A DNA stretch of 63,898 nt, the filler included, from Octopus bimaculoides (lineage: Eukaryota), in assembly GCF_001194135.2 (NCBI RefSeq). It is 10 parts of 8 records of this genome, joined end to end, with 100 filler letters (N's around TTAATTAATTAA, not from the genome) between each part and the next. Parts side by side here need not be neighbours in the genome. Positions count along the whole stretch, not along the records: positions 37,305 to 45,773 come from NC_068983.1; positions 45,874 to 53,100 come from NC_068988.1; 8 more parts are not named here. One strand, given 5' to 3'. The notes beneath the pieces are model-generated. The model had not been told where the DNA came from, ran no database searches, and saw nothing but the letters and a program-made list of their open reading frames with translations. The position numbers were made by a program, and so were the translations under genes. This document shows, in pieces, positions 37,416 through 49,841 of this stretch. Within the stretch, counting starts at the first letter, position 1; each line of letters begins with the position of its first letter.

Positions 37416-37417
<2 letters not shown>

Positions 37418-37611
37418 TGTCATTCACCTGTCATCTGGCGGAAACTGGTTCTTCAAAAGCAGCGACATGTGTTGGAAAATAGAATTAGTTCACTATCGCA
37501 CGTGTGTTACTTATTTTTTCGATTCCAGAAGGTTGAAACCAAGTCGATTCTAAACACAATTGATTTCCATAATTGAAACTAAGCACGATAACATGATTTT
37601 TGTTTTTAATA

Positions 37612-37812
37612 ATCCTTTGTGCTGGAAACACAAGGCCTAAAATTTGGAGGAAAAGATTAAGCCCATTGCAGCCACCCCAGTACATAACTAATACTTATTT
37701 AATCGACCTCGAAAGGATGAAAGGCAAAGTCGACCTCGGCGTAATTTGAACTCACAACATCGCGGTAGATGAAATACCGCTAAGCATTTCGCCTGGCGTG
37801 CTAACGATTCTG
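37612..37812 (-). mobile_element. SINE family B
   Basis: TCGACCTCGAAAGGATGAAAGGCAAAGTCGACCTCGGCG...AATACCGCTAAGCATTTCGCC...GCTAACGATTCTG. Confidence 0.9.
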
Positions 37813-38055
37813 TTTTAACTAATATTTGATAATAACAAAAGTAATAAAAATTTGGAGAAGGTTAGTCAATTAAGTTCACGTGTGCTTGGCCGGAACTTTA
37901 TTTTATGCATTCCAGAAGAGGTAAAAGACAAAATAGATTTTGGGGTTGAATATCTAGATATGAAGAACCGAAACAAATATCGTAGGGCACTTACGCTTTT
38001 CAGCTCTTTATCCTCTCTACCGACATTGAAAAGCCAGCGGAATACACACACACAC

Positions 38056-38088
<33 letters not shown>

Positions 38089-38399
38089 TGTATGTATGTT
38101 TGTTTGTATGTATGTATGTGTATAAGAGTGGAGCGAAAAATGCAACTTTGGAAATTGGTAACCAAACATCGATATTTTGTTGCGAATTGTTGCGAATTTG
38201 TTGCGGATTGTTGCGAATTAAGGCAGAGGGATAGAAGAATTAGAGAGGGGCAAGAAAGAAAAAAAGGGACAGAGTAAGGTAAAAGAGGAGGGAAGGAGAG
38301 AATGAAGGGAAAGCCAAGAAATGTGAGACCGGTGTGCTAACCATTTTGCCAGCTCGTCCCCTTATTCTTTGACAGTAATATTAATACCAGGTCTAAGAA

Positions 38400-38610
38400 C
38401 GCAACCCGGCAGAATCGTTAGCACGCCCGGCAAAATGCTAAGCGACATTTCGTCCGTCTTAAAGTTCAGAGTTCAAATTCACCAAGGTCAACTTTGTTTT
38501 TCTTCCTTGTAGCGGTCGATAAAATAAGTACCTGTTGAACGTTAGGGTCGATGTGATCAGCTTACTCTCTCACCCAAAACTGTTGCCTGTGTACCAAAAT
38601 TTGAAACCAC
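38400..38610 (+). mobile_element. SINE family B
   Basis: GGCAGAATCGTTAGCACGCCCGGCAAAATGCTAAGCG...GAGTTCAAATTC...CCTGTGTACCAAAATTTGAAACC. Confidence 0.9.
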
Positions 38611-39067
38611 AATCCCAGTTATGTACTGGTTCTGTTTATTAACTAAACATAAATTAATATTCTTTCAAATCATAAAAATCCATATCGTCTCATTAAACGA
38701 AGGAGTGTAATGCCGTAACTATTTTTGCTTTTGTTCAGTACGAGGAATTAATATTATGTTGCAAATTACCGAATCGTTCATTAATTGCTATAGTACGACA
38801 GCTGATGTCACTCGAGGCTGCGATTTTTTCTTCTTCGAAGTACATATTGCCACTTGGTGTGGACTCCTGTTTGGAGACCACGCAACCTTTAACAACCTCC
38901 AAACAACATCCAACACCGAAAACACTCTTTTATTCTCTTCTATCCACTCACCCATATCCAGAAAGGACATATTCATGCGTTATTTGTCTTCCATAATTGT
39001 ACATTTATGTATATGTATATATATGTGTGTGTATGTATGTGTGTGTGCGTGTGTGTGTATGTATATG

Positions 39068-39102
<35 letters not shown>

Positions 39103-39327
39103 NNNNNNNNNNNNNNNNNNNNNNNNNNNNNNNNNNNNNNNNNNNNNNNNNNNNNNNNNNNNNNNNNNNNNNNNNNNNNNNNNNNNNNNNNNNNNNNNNN
39201 NNNNNNNNNNNNNNNNNNNNNNNNNNNNNNNNNNNNNNNNNNNNNNNNNNNNNNNNNNNNNNNNNNNNNNNNNNNNNNNNNNNNNNNNNNNNNNNNNNNN
39301 NNNNNNNNNNNNNNNNNNNNNNNNNNN

Positions 39328-39359
<32 letters not shown>

Positions 39360-39669
39360 TGAAAAGACTTAGCTATTGAAGAAAAGAGAAATATTCTATA
39401 TAAAGGCAGTCTGTAGTCTGTACATTCAAGTGCCGCTCGTCTCAGAGCTTTTTCATACAGTATTCTTTAAAGAAACCATAAAGAAGACGACAATCAAAGT
39501 TACATTCAACTCATCATATACTTTGAAGTGGATATATTTTTAACGATACGTCGATACTTCGATAAGCTTCGGATAGAATTGACCCAGACCGTGACTAACT
39601 TAATGGTACTACCTGGAGAAGACATTTAATGACGTTTCATAGTACAGAAACACTTTGGACACCGTAACC

Positions 39670-39860
39670 CTTTCGAGTAAAGAGTTATTGTTTGCAGAGA
39701 TATATTCGGGTGTAGTTGGCTTATCTGGAATTTGCTGGAAGTATTCATCCAGAAACCATTTGAATACTATGACACCTTTTTCTCCTCTCATGTGTCTTGA
39801 AATGATGTTAAAGAGAGCACGGTTAGTAGAGGGGAAAATAAAAACATCATCAACATCTAA
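39670..39860 (-). mobile_element. CR1-group (Crack-like) LINE ORF2 extreme 3' end
   Basis: RALFNIISRHMRGEKGVIVFKWFLDEYFQQIPDKPTTPEYISANNNSLLE fits the LFN.LP..IR...V..FK..LD.YL..IPD.P..P.Y...NSL C-terminal pattern. Confidence 0.6.
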
Positions 39861-41084
39861 ACAATTGCTGAAATGGTAATCTAGATACAATAATTGCATA
39901 TATGTGTAAACGTCAGTGCTTCCTCGCATATATTTTTATACCGTCATAAGCATTGTTGTCGTTTACATTGTGCCATTACAATCCAAAAACATCCGTCAAA
40001 TACATTACAACATAATTGCTTCTAAAACATTATTTGATCTTCAGATGCTTAGAATCCGCCAACAGTTATATTTTCTAGTTTTTGATTTGAAAGTTCTCTG
40101 TCGAATTTTCTTTCGGAATAGATTGGTTTCGCCAGTATAAATATTTATTTTAAGCAATTTGGAATCTCCTATTATTTTAGCTAATTATGACAAACATTCT
40201 TGTGCAGTTTTCTTATCGATAAACTCATATTCATTATGATGTTTGGTAGTATGGCAAAGCTCCAGTTATTTTCAATTTTCACTTCATTCTTTACTTTTCG
40301 AAACATGGGTATTGGTGTGTATTATCTATTGCATCTCATTTGGGTCAACTCGACTATGATACAGTAAACACACATACATATACACACACACACATATATA
40401 TAAATATAAACATATACACATACACGTGTAGACAGATAGTTAGATAACAACTTGATTTGGCTCCATCTTATACATACATATATATATATNNNNNNNNNNN
40501 NNNNNNNNNNNNNNNNNNNNNNNNNNNNNNNNNNNNNNNNNNNNNNNNNNNNNNNNNNNNNNNNNNNNNNNNNNNNNNNNNNNNNNNNNTATATATATGA
40601 TAATAATATTAGGGATAAAAATCCAAATTTACAGGTAAATTAAATTCAATTTATCAAAAATTAAAATTAAACTAGTTCTTTTTAGTGTATTTACTTATTA
40701 TTTTTTTCTGTATGTGACTGTGGATTTTCATGGATGAGTTCATGAACTTTGGTTCTTTTCTCTAAATTATATACTTATATATATATTTATATAACAAATG
40801 TATACATAACAGTTTGATTCGGCTCCAAACTTAAAGTTTGGTAGGCTCGGAGGAGGGAACCCATCTTGTCCGGCATCTAAAGAAGACTCTTCTCTTGATG
40901 CCTGGAAGAGTCTTCTTTACGACCCTAGAAAAGTTTAAGCTGTATGAAACCGAGTCAATAATAAGTATCTGTAATCCGTACCAAATGTGCTGCGTGCCAC
41001 TTTCATTCGTTTCTCCACTCAATAGTATATGTACATATGTGCGTGCGCGCACATGGTGGTGGTGGTGGGTGGGTGTCTGTGAAA

Positions 41085-41380
41085 GTGAGTGGTTTTGTGG
41101 TTAATATATTCGGCTCACTAACGTAAGGCCCTGAGTTCGAGTCCTCACGCCGCATTGTGTCCTTGAGCAAGGCACTTTATTTCACGTTGCTCCAGTCCAC
41201 TTAGCTAGCAAAAATCAGTTGTATCTGTAATTCAAAGGGCCAGCCCTATCATTCTGTGTGGAGCTGAATCTCCCTGAGAACTACGTTAAGTGTATGCTTA
41301 CTTGTGGAGTGTTCAGCCACTTGCACATTGATTTCATATGAATGCTGTTCCGTCATCGTCGTTATGGATGGAGGGTCAGT
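41085..41380 (+). mobile_element. SINE family C
   Basis: TTCGGCTCAC...GAGTTCGAGTCC...CCTTGAGCAAGGCACTTTATTTCACGTTGCTCCAGTCCAC...CTCCCTGAGAACTACGTTAAG; aligns with 23093-23415. Confidence 0.88.
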
Positions 41381-43609
41381 ATGGTATATATACAAATATA
41401 TAGTCATCTCTAGTCGAATAAACTATGGCACGAGGATATTTTTGCACTGAATTAGATCTACCATACTTCCATCCACAAAGAGCAGCACTTTGCACTGCGA
41501 TTTGCAGTGCTTTATCGTAAGCGTCATGTATGGGTTTGTTATTTTTTCTTCAATTTGTTTCTATCTGCTTCGCGATTGCGGTTTCGAGTTACTCAATGCT
41601 GATGTGGGTGAAGTGAATACTGTCAGAGAGCATTATTGAGATTATTCAATAAATGTTGGACGTCGAAAAATATATTTAAATGTTCAATTAATTATATCTA
41701 TTTTCTATATTTTGCTTTATATTTTAGCCTATATTTTCAGAATCTGTGAGACACAATTGCTTCTAAAACATTATTCCTGTCAATCAATATTTCTATGTAT
41801 CCTACTATATAATCACTATATTTTGTAATCAATTCACTGCCCTATTATACAATTATACACTCATTCACAATTTATGAATGAAGTAATGTGTATCATTAAA
41901 ACATCCAGGAAAAATTATAAAGTGGTTTCTACTTAACTGACATATTATCCTGTATGCAATGCAAAGTAGTTAGATGAAGACAAAATGGGATAAGCTAATA
42001 TCTGTTAGAATAATTTATCAATATCTAAAAGTATAATTATCGTATTAAAATGTACAGCAATAAATTGCCCCATTTTTTCTTTCTTTTTTTTTTCAGTGTT
42101 TTAATTTTTGTTTAACCTGCAGAGAGAGGCCTTCTTGTGTTTTAAAATATATGCAAAATACAAAAATAAGTAAATAAAGAATTTAACGTAGAGGTATTCA
42201 CTCTAAAATGTCGAGGAATAGGTCCTTGCTTGGTTACAAAATAAATCTTCCTTTCCTTACAGATCCCCTCGCATAAGGCTTACGGTCAGCGCCTCTCTCA
42301 GCATGGTGAGAAACACGCATGCGCTGAAGATTCTCGGTGCAACACAGAGGTGAGATGCTGTCAGAATAGAACCTTTCCGTTGCAAAACTCTTTGAAAGCA
42401 TCTCTACGCATGCGTGTGACAATATAATGTTTTTACGTTCCTTACATATTTTAGTAATGAGAAGCTTTTTTTCCTCATTAGTTGTTATCATTTATGTTCA
42501 TCCAGATTACGTTTAGTTGTTTAGTACCTCCCAGTTTTATTAAGTTTGGTCATTCCCTTTGCTCAATGCATTATTTCACTGAGTATGCAACTGTAATTTT
42601 TTTCCTTTTGTTTAGTTACGTTGTCCTCTGTTCTCGTGCCCTTGTAAAATTGTTCCATCATTGATCTGCAAAAACATTTTCTTTTAAATAAGTCGCTAAA
42701 ATATATATTTTTAATATTGGATAATTTGTTTAGAAATAGCGCTTAAATTATAAATTATTTTCACATTGCCCCACAAAATTAATTTCCTTCTCATCTATTT
42801 ATAACATTAACTGATATTTGATAACAATTATGGATCGTTTAATTTGGTGACTTTAAAATCTGTGTAATTATAATCATTGTATAAACTATTAGGAAATACT
42901 AAATGTAATGTCACAATAATTGGATTCTATATTTTTGCAGCTATAAATATTTTAAAGCATAGTAGAGTAATAATTCCTCTCCAGATGAATAAGTGAAATG
43001 GTGGCTAAAATCATGAATTCAAACAATGATATATCGCCTCTTACGTAGCATTTTCTGAATCCAATTTAAACCGCCAAGAAGAAGAAAACAAATTAAATCA
43101 GCCTAAGCTTTGTAAAATGTCTAATTAAAGAGGAGGAGTCAAGTAAGCAATAAATGAAGTACCAATGTATTCGACTCAGTCGAATACATTTAGCATGCAA
43201 ATATTCAAATCACACACTATCTCCTTTAAAACGGAATGCTGCAATACATAATGTAGTCATAAGTGAATAATACTTGAAAAACAAAATGTTAATGGGTGGT
43301 TCTGACTTGAATGCGTTTTTGTAGGTTTAATAAAATGGAGCCGACCAAGAAATACCCATCATTAATAGTATCGATATTAACTGCGTCAGCTACATCTAGT
43401 CATATTCATACTTTCATTGCGAGATGATCATTGAAGCTCATAAATATATTCAACTACTTATAAAGTCGGTCAAAACCCGTCGATAGATACCTAGAAACAT
43501 ATAAAGCTACAAAGTCTACAGCTACAAAATATAGTCACTGCCTATTATATTAAAAAACAAATGCGTCTCATCAAAATGTTTCTAATTACTTTAAACTTTT
43601 CTTCTAAAA

Positions 43610-43613
<4 letters not shown>

Positions 43614-43692
<79 letters not shown>
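43614..43692. repeat. (GATA)n tetranucleotide microsatellite
   Basis: Read directly from the sequence. Confidence 0.97.
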
Positions 43693-43693
<1 letters not shown>

Positions 43694-45349
43694 ATTTGAG
43701 AATAACACCCAGCCCCTTCAGGTTTTCGAAGTTTTTCCCCTTTATATGATTTACTCTTTAAATTATCCGACAGGGGCTCTGCTTACTGGCTGGAGTCATT
43801 TCATTCATTATTAGTATTTTTTATTTTGTATTCAAAAGTTAATTCTCCTCCCATCTTTGTTTTATAAAACCCAACAAATATTTTTATGTTCATAAATTCT
43901 GATAATCAAAGTAAAACTACTCTATATAGTAAAACTACATTAGTAAAACTACTCCATATATATATATAATACGGTATTGTTTCATCAACATACATTTAAT
44001 ACGCTATTTGTATATACATTTATTCGATTAGTAATTCTTTGACTTCATATATTCTACTATATTCCACAATTACCATTAATATTTAACTTACTGAAAGTTA
44101 TCATTTACTCAACTTATTACACTGCATGTATGTGTTTCTATGCATATAAGCAATACGTTCTCTATATCTATACATAGCACTTTTGCAATGAAGCAATAAA
44201 TATATTTCGCTGATATCACAAATTATACTGTAGCATACTTGCAACTCATTATAAAGCTCCAAAATAAACAATTTATTTTTCATTATTCGCCGTTCATGAC
44301 AACATTTATAAGATTTTTTCATCATTAGTGTAGCTCGAACAATTTCTTTGAGGTAAGTTTCTACCATACTGGTGATCCCACTAATGCTACTAAAATTCTT
44401 ATATACACTTCATAAAGTACATTTTTCGTCCCTAGAACACCTTTTGAAAATTTATATGCCTTATTGTAGAATCTTGACCCCATGTGTAAATATGCATATA
44501 GAATATGCATATATTTAGGTAGCGGTGAATATATGCATATTTCTGAAATCAGGAAGAGGACTTTTTGTACAAAATAACATACAGTCAGTGACTGAAACAT
44601 ATTTTGCAAATTAAAAGTAATCAAACCTGTATAATATTTGAGTTCTAATATATATACAATTTTCAAATTTTCATGTTTTGTGGCATTTTTATTTACATCC
44701 TGATACTCCCTTTAGAATTTTCTATCATGTACACTTTTCAACTATTCCAGTAATTAGAAAGTTTAAACATTCATACATATCACGTTTTGACGGTACGGTA
44801 ACCTAGTAACAAATAATTCAGTTAAGTTTCCAATTCCTGAAGCATAAGTAGATGAAGCTTTTATATAAAATGGAAGATCATATTGGAAGGTGTGAATTCA
44901 TATGACATGTAAGCATATCATGTCAATGTGACATGCAAAATGGGCACGCAGACACAATCAGTATAAATTTTCTCCGTTCTTCAAACACCTTTGTAAAGTC
45001 ATTTTGACCGAAATGTCAGGATTAATTTCATAATTTTCTTGTAAAATGCAAATAGCTTTTGTAACTAGTATTTTCAAATTGCATTGCAATATATTTCTAT
45101 ATGTGCATACAAAAAATTCCTGTTTTTTTTTTCTATGTAAGGCAATACTTCGTAAGGCAATACTTGATGCGAAACACAATACTGATATATATATGTGTGT
45201 GTGTGCGAGTGTGCATGTGTGTGTGTGTGTGAGTGAGTGTGTGTGTGTGTGTGCGTGCGTGTGTGTACATGCATTTACATGTGCGTAAATATATAAAACT
45301 CTCTCAGTCTTTCTCTCTTTACCCCTTCTTCCTTCTCTCTTTCTCTCTT

Positions 45350-45392
<43 letters not shown>

Positions 45393-45721
45393 GTCTTCCA
45401 CTGATGTATTTATGTATAAATGTAAGTATGAATGCATGCAATAAAAATGCTAGATAGATTTCTAGGACAAGCAGTTTGGGGGCATGTTAAGATACTCAAT
45501 GTTTTGCAGACATTTTTCTTTTCCTGACCGGCACGGAGTATGATTCCACATAACTAAAGCTGATGAAGAAGAATATCAGAATTTAAATCTTTAGGTGGAA
45601 TGCAATATACTCCTAATATACATACAAATACCCATAACGCACATATACATGGATATATGCACACACACACATGCACGTGTGTATTCGTGTGTGTGTGTGT
45701 TCATATACATGTATGTGCATG

Positions 45722-45769
<48 letters not shown>

Positions 45770-45873
45770 CATANNNNNNNNNNNNNNNNNNNNNNNNNNN
45801 NNNNNNNNNNNNNNNNNTTAATTAATTAANNNNNNNNNNNNNNNNNNNNNNNNNNNNNNNNNNNNNNNNNNNN

Positions 45874-46110
45874 TGGCTTGTGCGGGTGGCACATAAAAGA
45901 CACCATTTCGAGCGTGGCCGTTTTCGTGCGGGTGACACGTAAAAGCACCCACTACACTCTCTGAGTGGTTGGCGTTAGGAAGGGCATCCAGCTGTAGAAA
46001 CTCTGCCAAATCAGACTGGAGCCTGGTGTTGCCATCCGGTTTCACCAGTCCTCAGTCAAATCGTCCAACCCATGCTAGCATGGAAAGCGGATGATGATGA
46101 TGATGATGAT
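45874..46110 (+). mobile_element. RTE-family 3' UTR/tail with (GAT)n
   Basis: GCACCCACTACACTCTCTGAGTGGTTGGCGTTAGGAAGGGCATCCAGCTGTAGAAAC...CCCATGCTAGCATGGAAAGCGGA(TGA)n; the same tail follows RTE ORF2 at 48953-49630. Confidence 0.88.
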
Positions 46111-46647
46111 ATAAATACACACACACATACATACATGTACACATATACATGTCTTTGTACTTGTCACCCTATGTGTGTGTGTGCAGTGAATACATAAATG
46201 GTTTGATATCTCTGATGTTTTCCACCATTTACTGTTAATCTTTACATTCAGTGAACCATCAGCCATTTTAATAACAGTTGAAAGTTATCACACTCATCTC
46301 TCCCGCCATTTTATCATCAGTTGCTAAACTTACTTTGCACTCAAACATTTTGCTATGTTTCACTAGATATATATACATATATATATATAAAACTGATGTA
46401 TAACCCAACATGTTACTCACAAATGTAATTAAGCCATAGGCAATGTGTTCCTTAATCCCCTTCCATCTTATAAATCCAAACAAATCTTTTATCCCCATGT
46501 CTGTCTCTAACACTAGCAACAACATCAAGTTAAGAGACAAATCAGCAAGGAAGCCTTGAAGCAGTTGCACGATTTGCTGAAAGCAACAACTAAATTCTCT
46601 CAAATTACACTCAGCTGTCTTATAAAGGAAGGTTACATTTTGCAATG

Positions 46648-46820
46648 AAGGTGGTGAGCTTGCAAAACGATTACCGGGTTCAGCAGCCTTTCTTCCAATT
46701 CTTTACATTCTGAGCTCAAATCTCACTGAGGTCAACTTTGTTTTTCATCCCTTCAGAGGTCAATAGAAAAAAATACCAGTCAAGTACTGGGGTGGGGGTG
46801 GGGTCAATGTAATCAACTTT
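46648..46820 (+). mobile_element. Degenerate SINE family B
   Basis: AAGGTGGTGAGCTTGC...GAGCTCAAATCTCACTGAGGTCAACTTTGTTTTTCATCC...TACCAGTCAAGTACTGGGG. Confidence 0.7.
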
Positions 46821-47102
46821 TCCAGGGCCAGGTGGTACATTGTGAACTTGAGCAAGGTACTTGATTTAACATTTTTCCCATTGACTCAGCTGAAAATGAA
46901 AGAAACCCATAGCATCTCAACAGAAATACAGGAACGAAAAGGGGTTCAGGTGGAGGGAAGGTAAAGCTGTTGGAGCATTAGAAAGGATGCCTTATGGGGT
47001 CCGTTCAGGCCACCAGTGCTCTGACTTGAAATCCCAGTAAAGATCAATTTTGCTTTTCATTTTTGCAGGGTCAATAAAATATCAGCCAAATACTAAAGAC
47101 AA

Positions 47103-47220
47103 TCCTCCTCTCCTTCCTTCTCCTCTTCTTCTTCTTCCTCCTCCTCCTCTTCTTCTTCCTCCTCCTCTTCTTCCTCCTCCTCTTCTTCCTCCTCCTCCTC
47201 TTCTTCCTCCTCTTCTTTCT
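47103..47220. repeat. (CTT)/(CCT) polypyrimidine trinucleotide tract
   Basis: Read directly from the sequence. Confidence 0.95.
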
Positions 47221-47357
47221 ATCTGAATCTGTTGTATTGTGGCAAACAGCTGTTGTCACAATGTACGACTGATTGACTCTCAGTGAAATCCATTTTAAGG
47301 ATCTTGACACCCCTTTCCTTTGATCAGGAAGGGCAGGGTGTTTTCTTCTGTCACATG

Positions 47358-47530
47358 GTCATCATTATCCAACTTCCATATTCCATGCTGGCATGATTTG
47401 AATGGTTCGATAGGATCCAACTGGCCAGGGAGCTGCATTGGGCTCCAGCATCTGTTTAGGAAGGTTTCTATGGCTGGATGCCTTTCCTAATGCCAACCAC
47501 TTCACAATGTGTAGTGGGTGCTTTTTTTTT
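47358..47530 (-). mobile_element. RTE-family 3' tail (older copy)
   Basis: TTCCATGCTGGCATG...GGCTGGATGCCTTTCCTAATGCCAACCACTT...TGTAGTGGGTGCTTTT is the reverse complement of the 45874-46110 tail. Confidence 0.8.
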
Positions 47531-48607
47531 CATGAGATGACAAAGTAACTTTCAAAACAGGACCCTTTGAAGGAGTTGGGGTACGAGTTGAGGGATGTGG
47601 CTTTGGTTCCAGGTGATGAGAGACTATCTAAGACCTAGGAATTGTTGAAAGTGTCCCTTTTTGAGAATGGATAGAATGGGGAAAGAACTACCAACTCCCT
47701 CTCATAGAAACACTGATATGGTACTGGAACCAACTACAGACAGATGTGTTGTACAGCAGAAATGTTTATAACATCCACTACTAACCCATTTAGAAATAAT
47801 GGCAAAAATAGAGACAGGATGTAAGGCACCATTAAAAAGAGAACCATCAAAGACAGAAAGAATAAATGCCGCTTTATGGACAGTTTTCTTTCTTTCTTTG
47901 ACAATGTGGGAAATGAAGGACCAAAGTAGAATGGCTAATTAAGATATATTAATTCCTCATTACTAACCCTGACACAAAAACAGATGGAATTGTGATGCAG
48001 ACATGTATCTGCATATAGTTGTATGTGTCTGAATGTATGTATGTGATATATATGTATAAGTATATATGTATATGCACATATCCATGTGTATATATGTGCA
48101 TATATCTGTACGCATGTCAAAAACTAAGAACAATACCGAAATCGCAATTTATTAGGAGGGGCCCGTCAATAGATTGGGATATTCTCGTTAGCATTTAATG
48201 TGTATTATTCCACCAAATTCTTTTTTTTTTCTCATTTTTTTGTGAGTCCCTTTCCTGTCTCCCACACCAATCTTGTCTCTGCATTCCACACCCAACCCCC
48301 ACACTAGTCTGCACTTTACAAATCAAATATCATTCTAATAAATAATAATAATAATAACCTTCCCCCTCTCTCACACACATTTTCAACAATCTCCTCCTCT
48401 TGGGAACGGAATGAATGAATGTGTTGGATTAAATTTCTGACATTTTTTAATAAATTTTTGTTAGTTTTTTTTTTCTTTTAATGATTACAAATAAAATATA
48501 ACAAAAACCAATAGAAAAAAAATAAAACAAAAGAGAAAATGTTTGTTGGAACAAAATGCTATATAAAATATGTACCAGGGTAGAAATTTCATCCACAACA
48601 AATACAT

Positions 48608-48748
48608 GTGGCCATGCTGGGGCACCAGCTTGAAGAACTTTCAGTCAAATGAATCAACCCCAATGCTTAAGACTGGTATTTATTCTGTTGGTCTCTCTTG
48701 CTGAACTGCAAAGTTACGGGGATATAAAACCAACACTGGTTGTCAAGA
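48608..48748 (-). mobile_element. SINE family A, 3' fragment
   Basis: GTGGCCATGCTGGGGCACC...TTGCTGAACTGCAAAGTTACGGGGA...CTGGTTGTCAAG. Confidence 0.7.
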
Positions 48749-48952
48749 AGACTGCAAGCTACCTTTCAGATCAACGATACCTTGATTATATGAAGTTTAC
48801 ATTGTTGTTAGGAGATCCCGTGTAAATTTATTGGGGATTTGAGACCAAATCCTTAGCCTGAAGAGTAGCTTGTAGTCTACCCCTCTTTTGGATAATTTAC
48901 TACTTCCAAGGTTCTGCTAGCTATGAAACATACAATAGGGATATATATATAT

Positions 48953-49630
48953 AACTGTGGAAGGAACCTGTGAAAAAGGTAGACCTAGGAAGACATGGGA
49001 TGAGATAGTGAAGCATGACCTTCGAACACTGGGCCTCACAGAGGCAATGACAGGAGACCGAGACCTTTGGAGATATGATGTGATTGAGAAGACCTGACAA
49101 CTAAAGTGAGGTCGCAGCCATGGCTGATGCCAGTGATGCATGTCCGGCCCATTTAAGAGTGCCCTTGATGCGTTGAGTGATATGATATGCTTGAGAAGAC
49201 TTGTTGAGTCAAGTAAAACCGAAACCACAGCTGTGACCAGTGCCCCCTGACTGGCTCCCATTCTGGTGGTACGTAAAAGGCATCATCCAAACATGTCCCC
49301 TGACTAGCTCCCTGTGCTGGTGGTACATAAAAAGCACCATCCAAATGTGGCCGATGCCTGTACTGCCTGACTGGCTCCTGTGCCAGTGGCACGTAATAAG
49401 CACAATCCGAATGTGATTGATGCCAGGCCCACCTGATTGTCTCCTGCGTTGTTGGCACGTAATAAACACCCACTACACTCTCAGAGTGGTTGGCATTAGG
49501 AAGGGCATCCAGCTGTAAAAACCTTGCCAGATCAGACTGGAGCCTGGTGCAGCCGCTAGCTCTCCAGACCTCAGACAAACCACCCGACCCATGCCAGCAT
49601 GGAAAACGGATGTTAAACAATGATGATGAT
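48953..49630 (+). mobile_element. RTE-clade LINE 3' end (ORF2 C-terminus, repeat-containing 3' UTR, (GAT)n tail)
   Basis: TVEGTCEKGRPRKTWDEIVKHDLRTLGLTEAMTGDRDLWRYDVIEKT* (GRP.K.W...V..DL...DR..WR motif), then the UTR and TGATGATGAT. Confidence 0.92.
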
Positions 49631-49650
49631 ATATAATACAATACATACAC

Positions 49651-49803
49651 GATGGGCTTCTTTCTATTTCAGTCCAACAAATCTACTCAAGGTTTTAGTC
49701 AGCCCAAGGCTACAGAAGACCCTTGCCTAAGGTGCTGTGCCAGGGGACTGAACCTTGAAACGTGGTTGGGAAGGAAGCCTCTTACCACACAGCTATATGC
49801 ACC
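49651..49803 (-). mobile_element. SINE family A, 5' half
   Basis: GGGCTTCTTTC...GGGGACTGAACC...CTTACCACACAGC. Confidence 0.8.
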
Positions 49804-49841
49804 TATGTATACACATACACACACATATACATACATACATA

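Noticed and set aside
44329-44352. 24-nt AG...GAG|GTAAGT micro-exon (CSSNNFFE)
   Set aside because: Splice-like signals of this quality occur by chance in AT-rich DNA, and no partner exons were identified.
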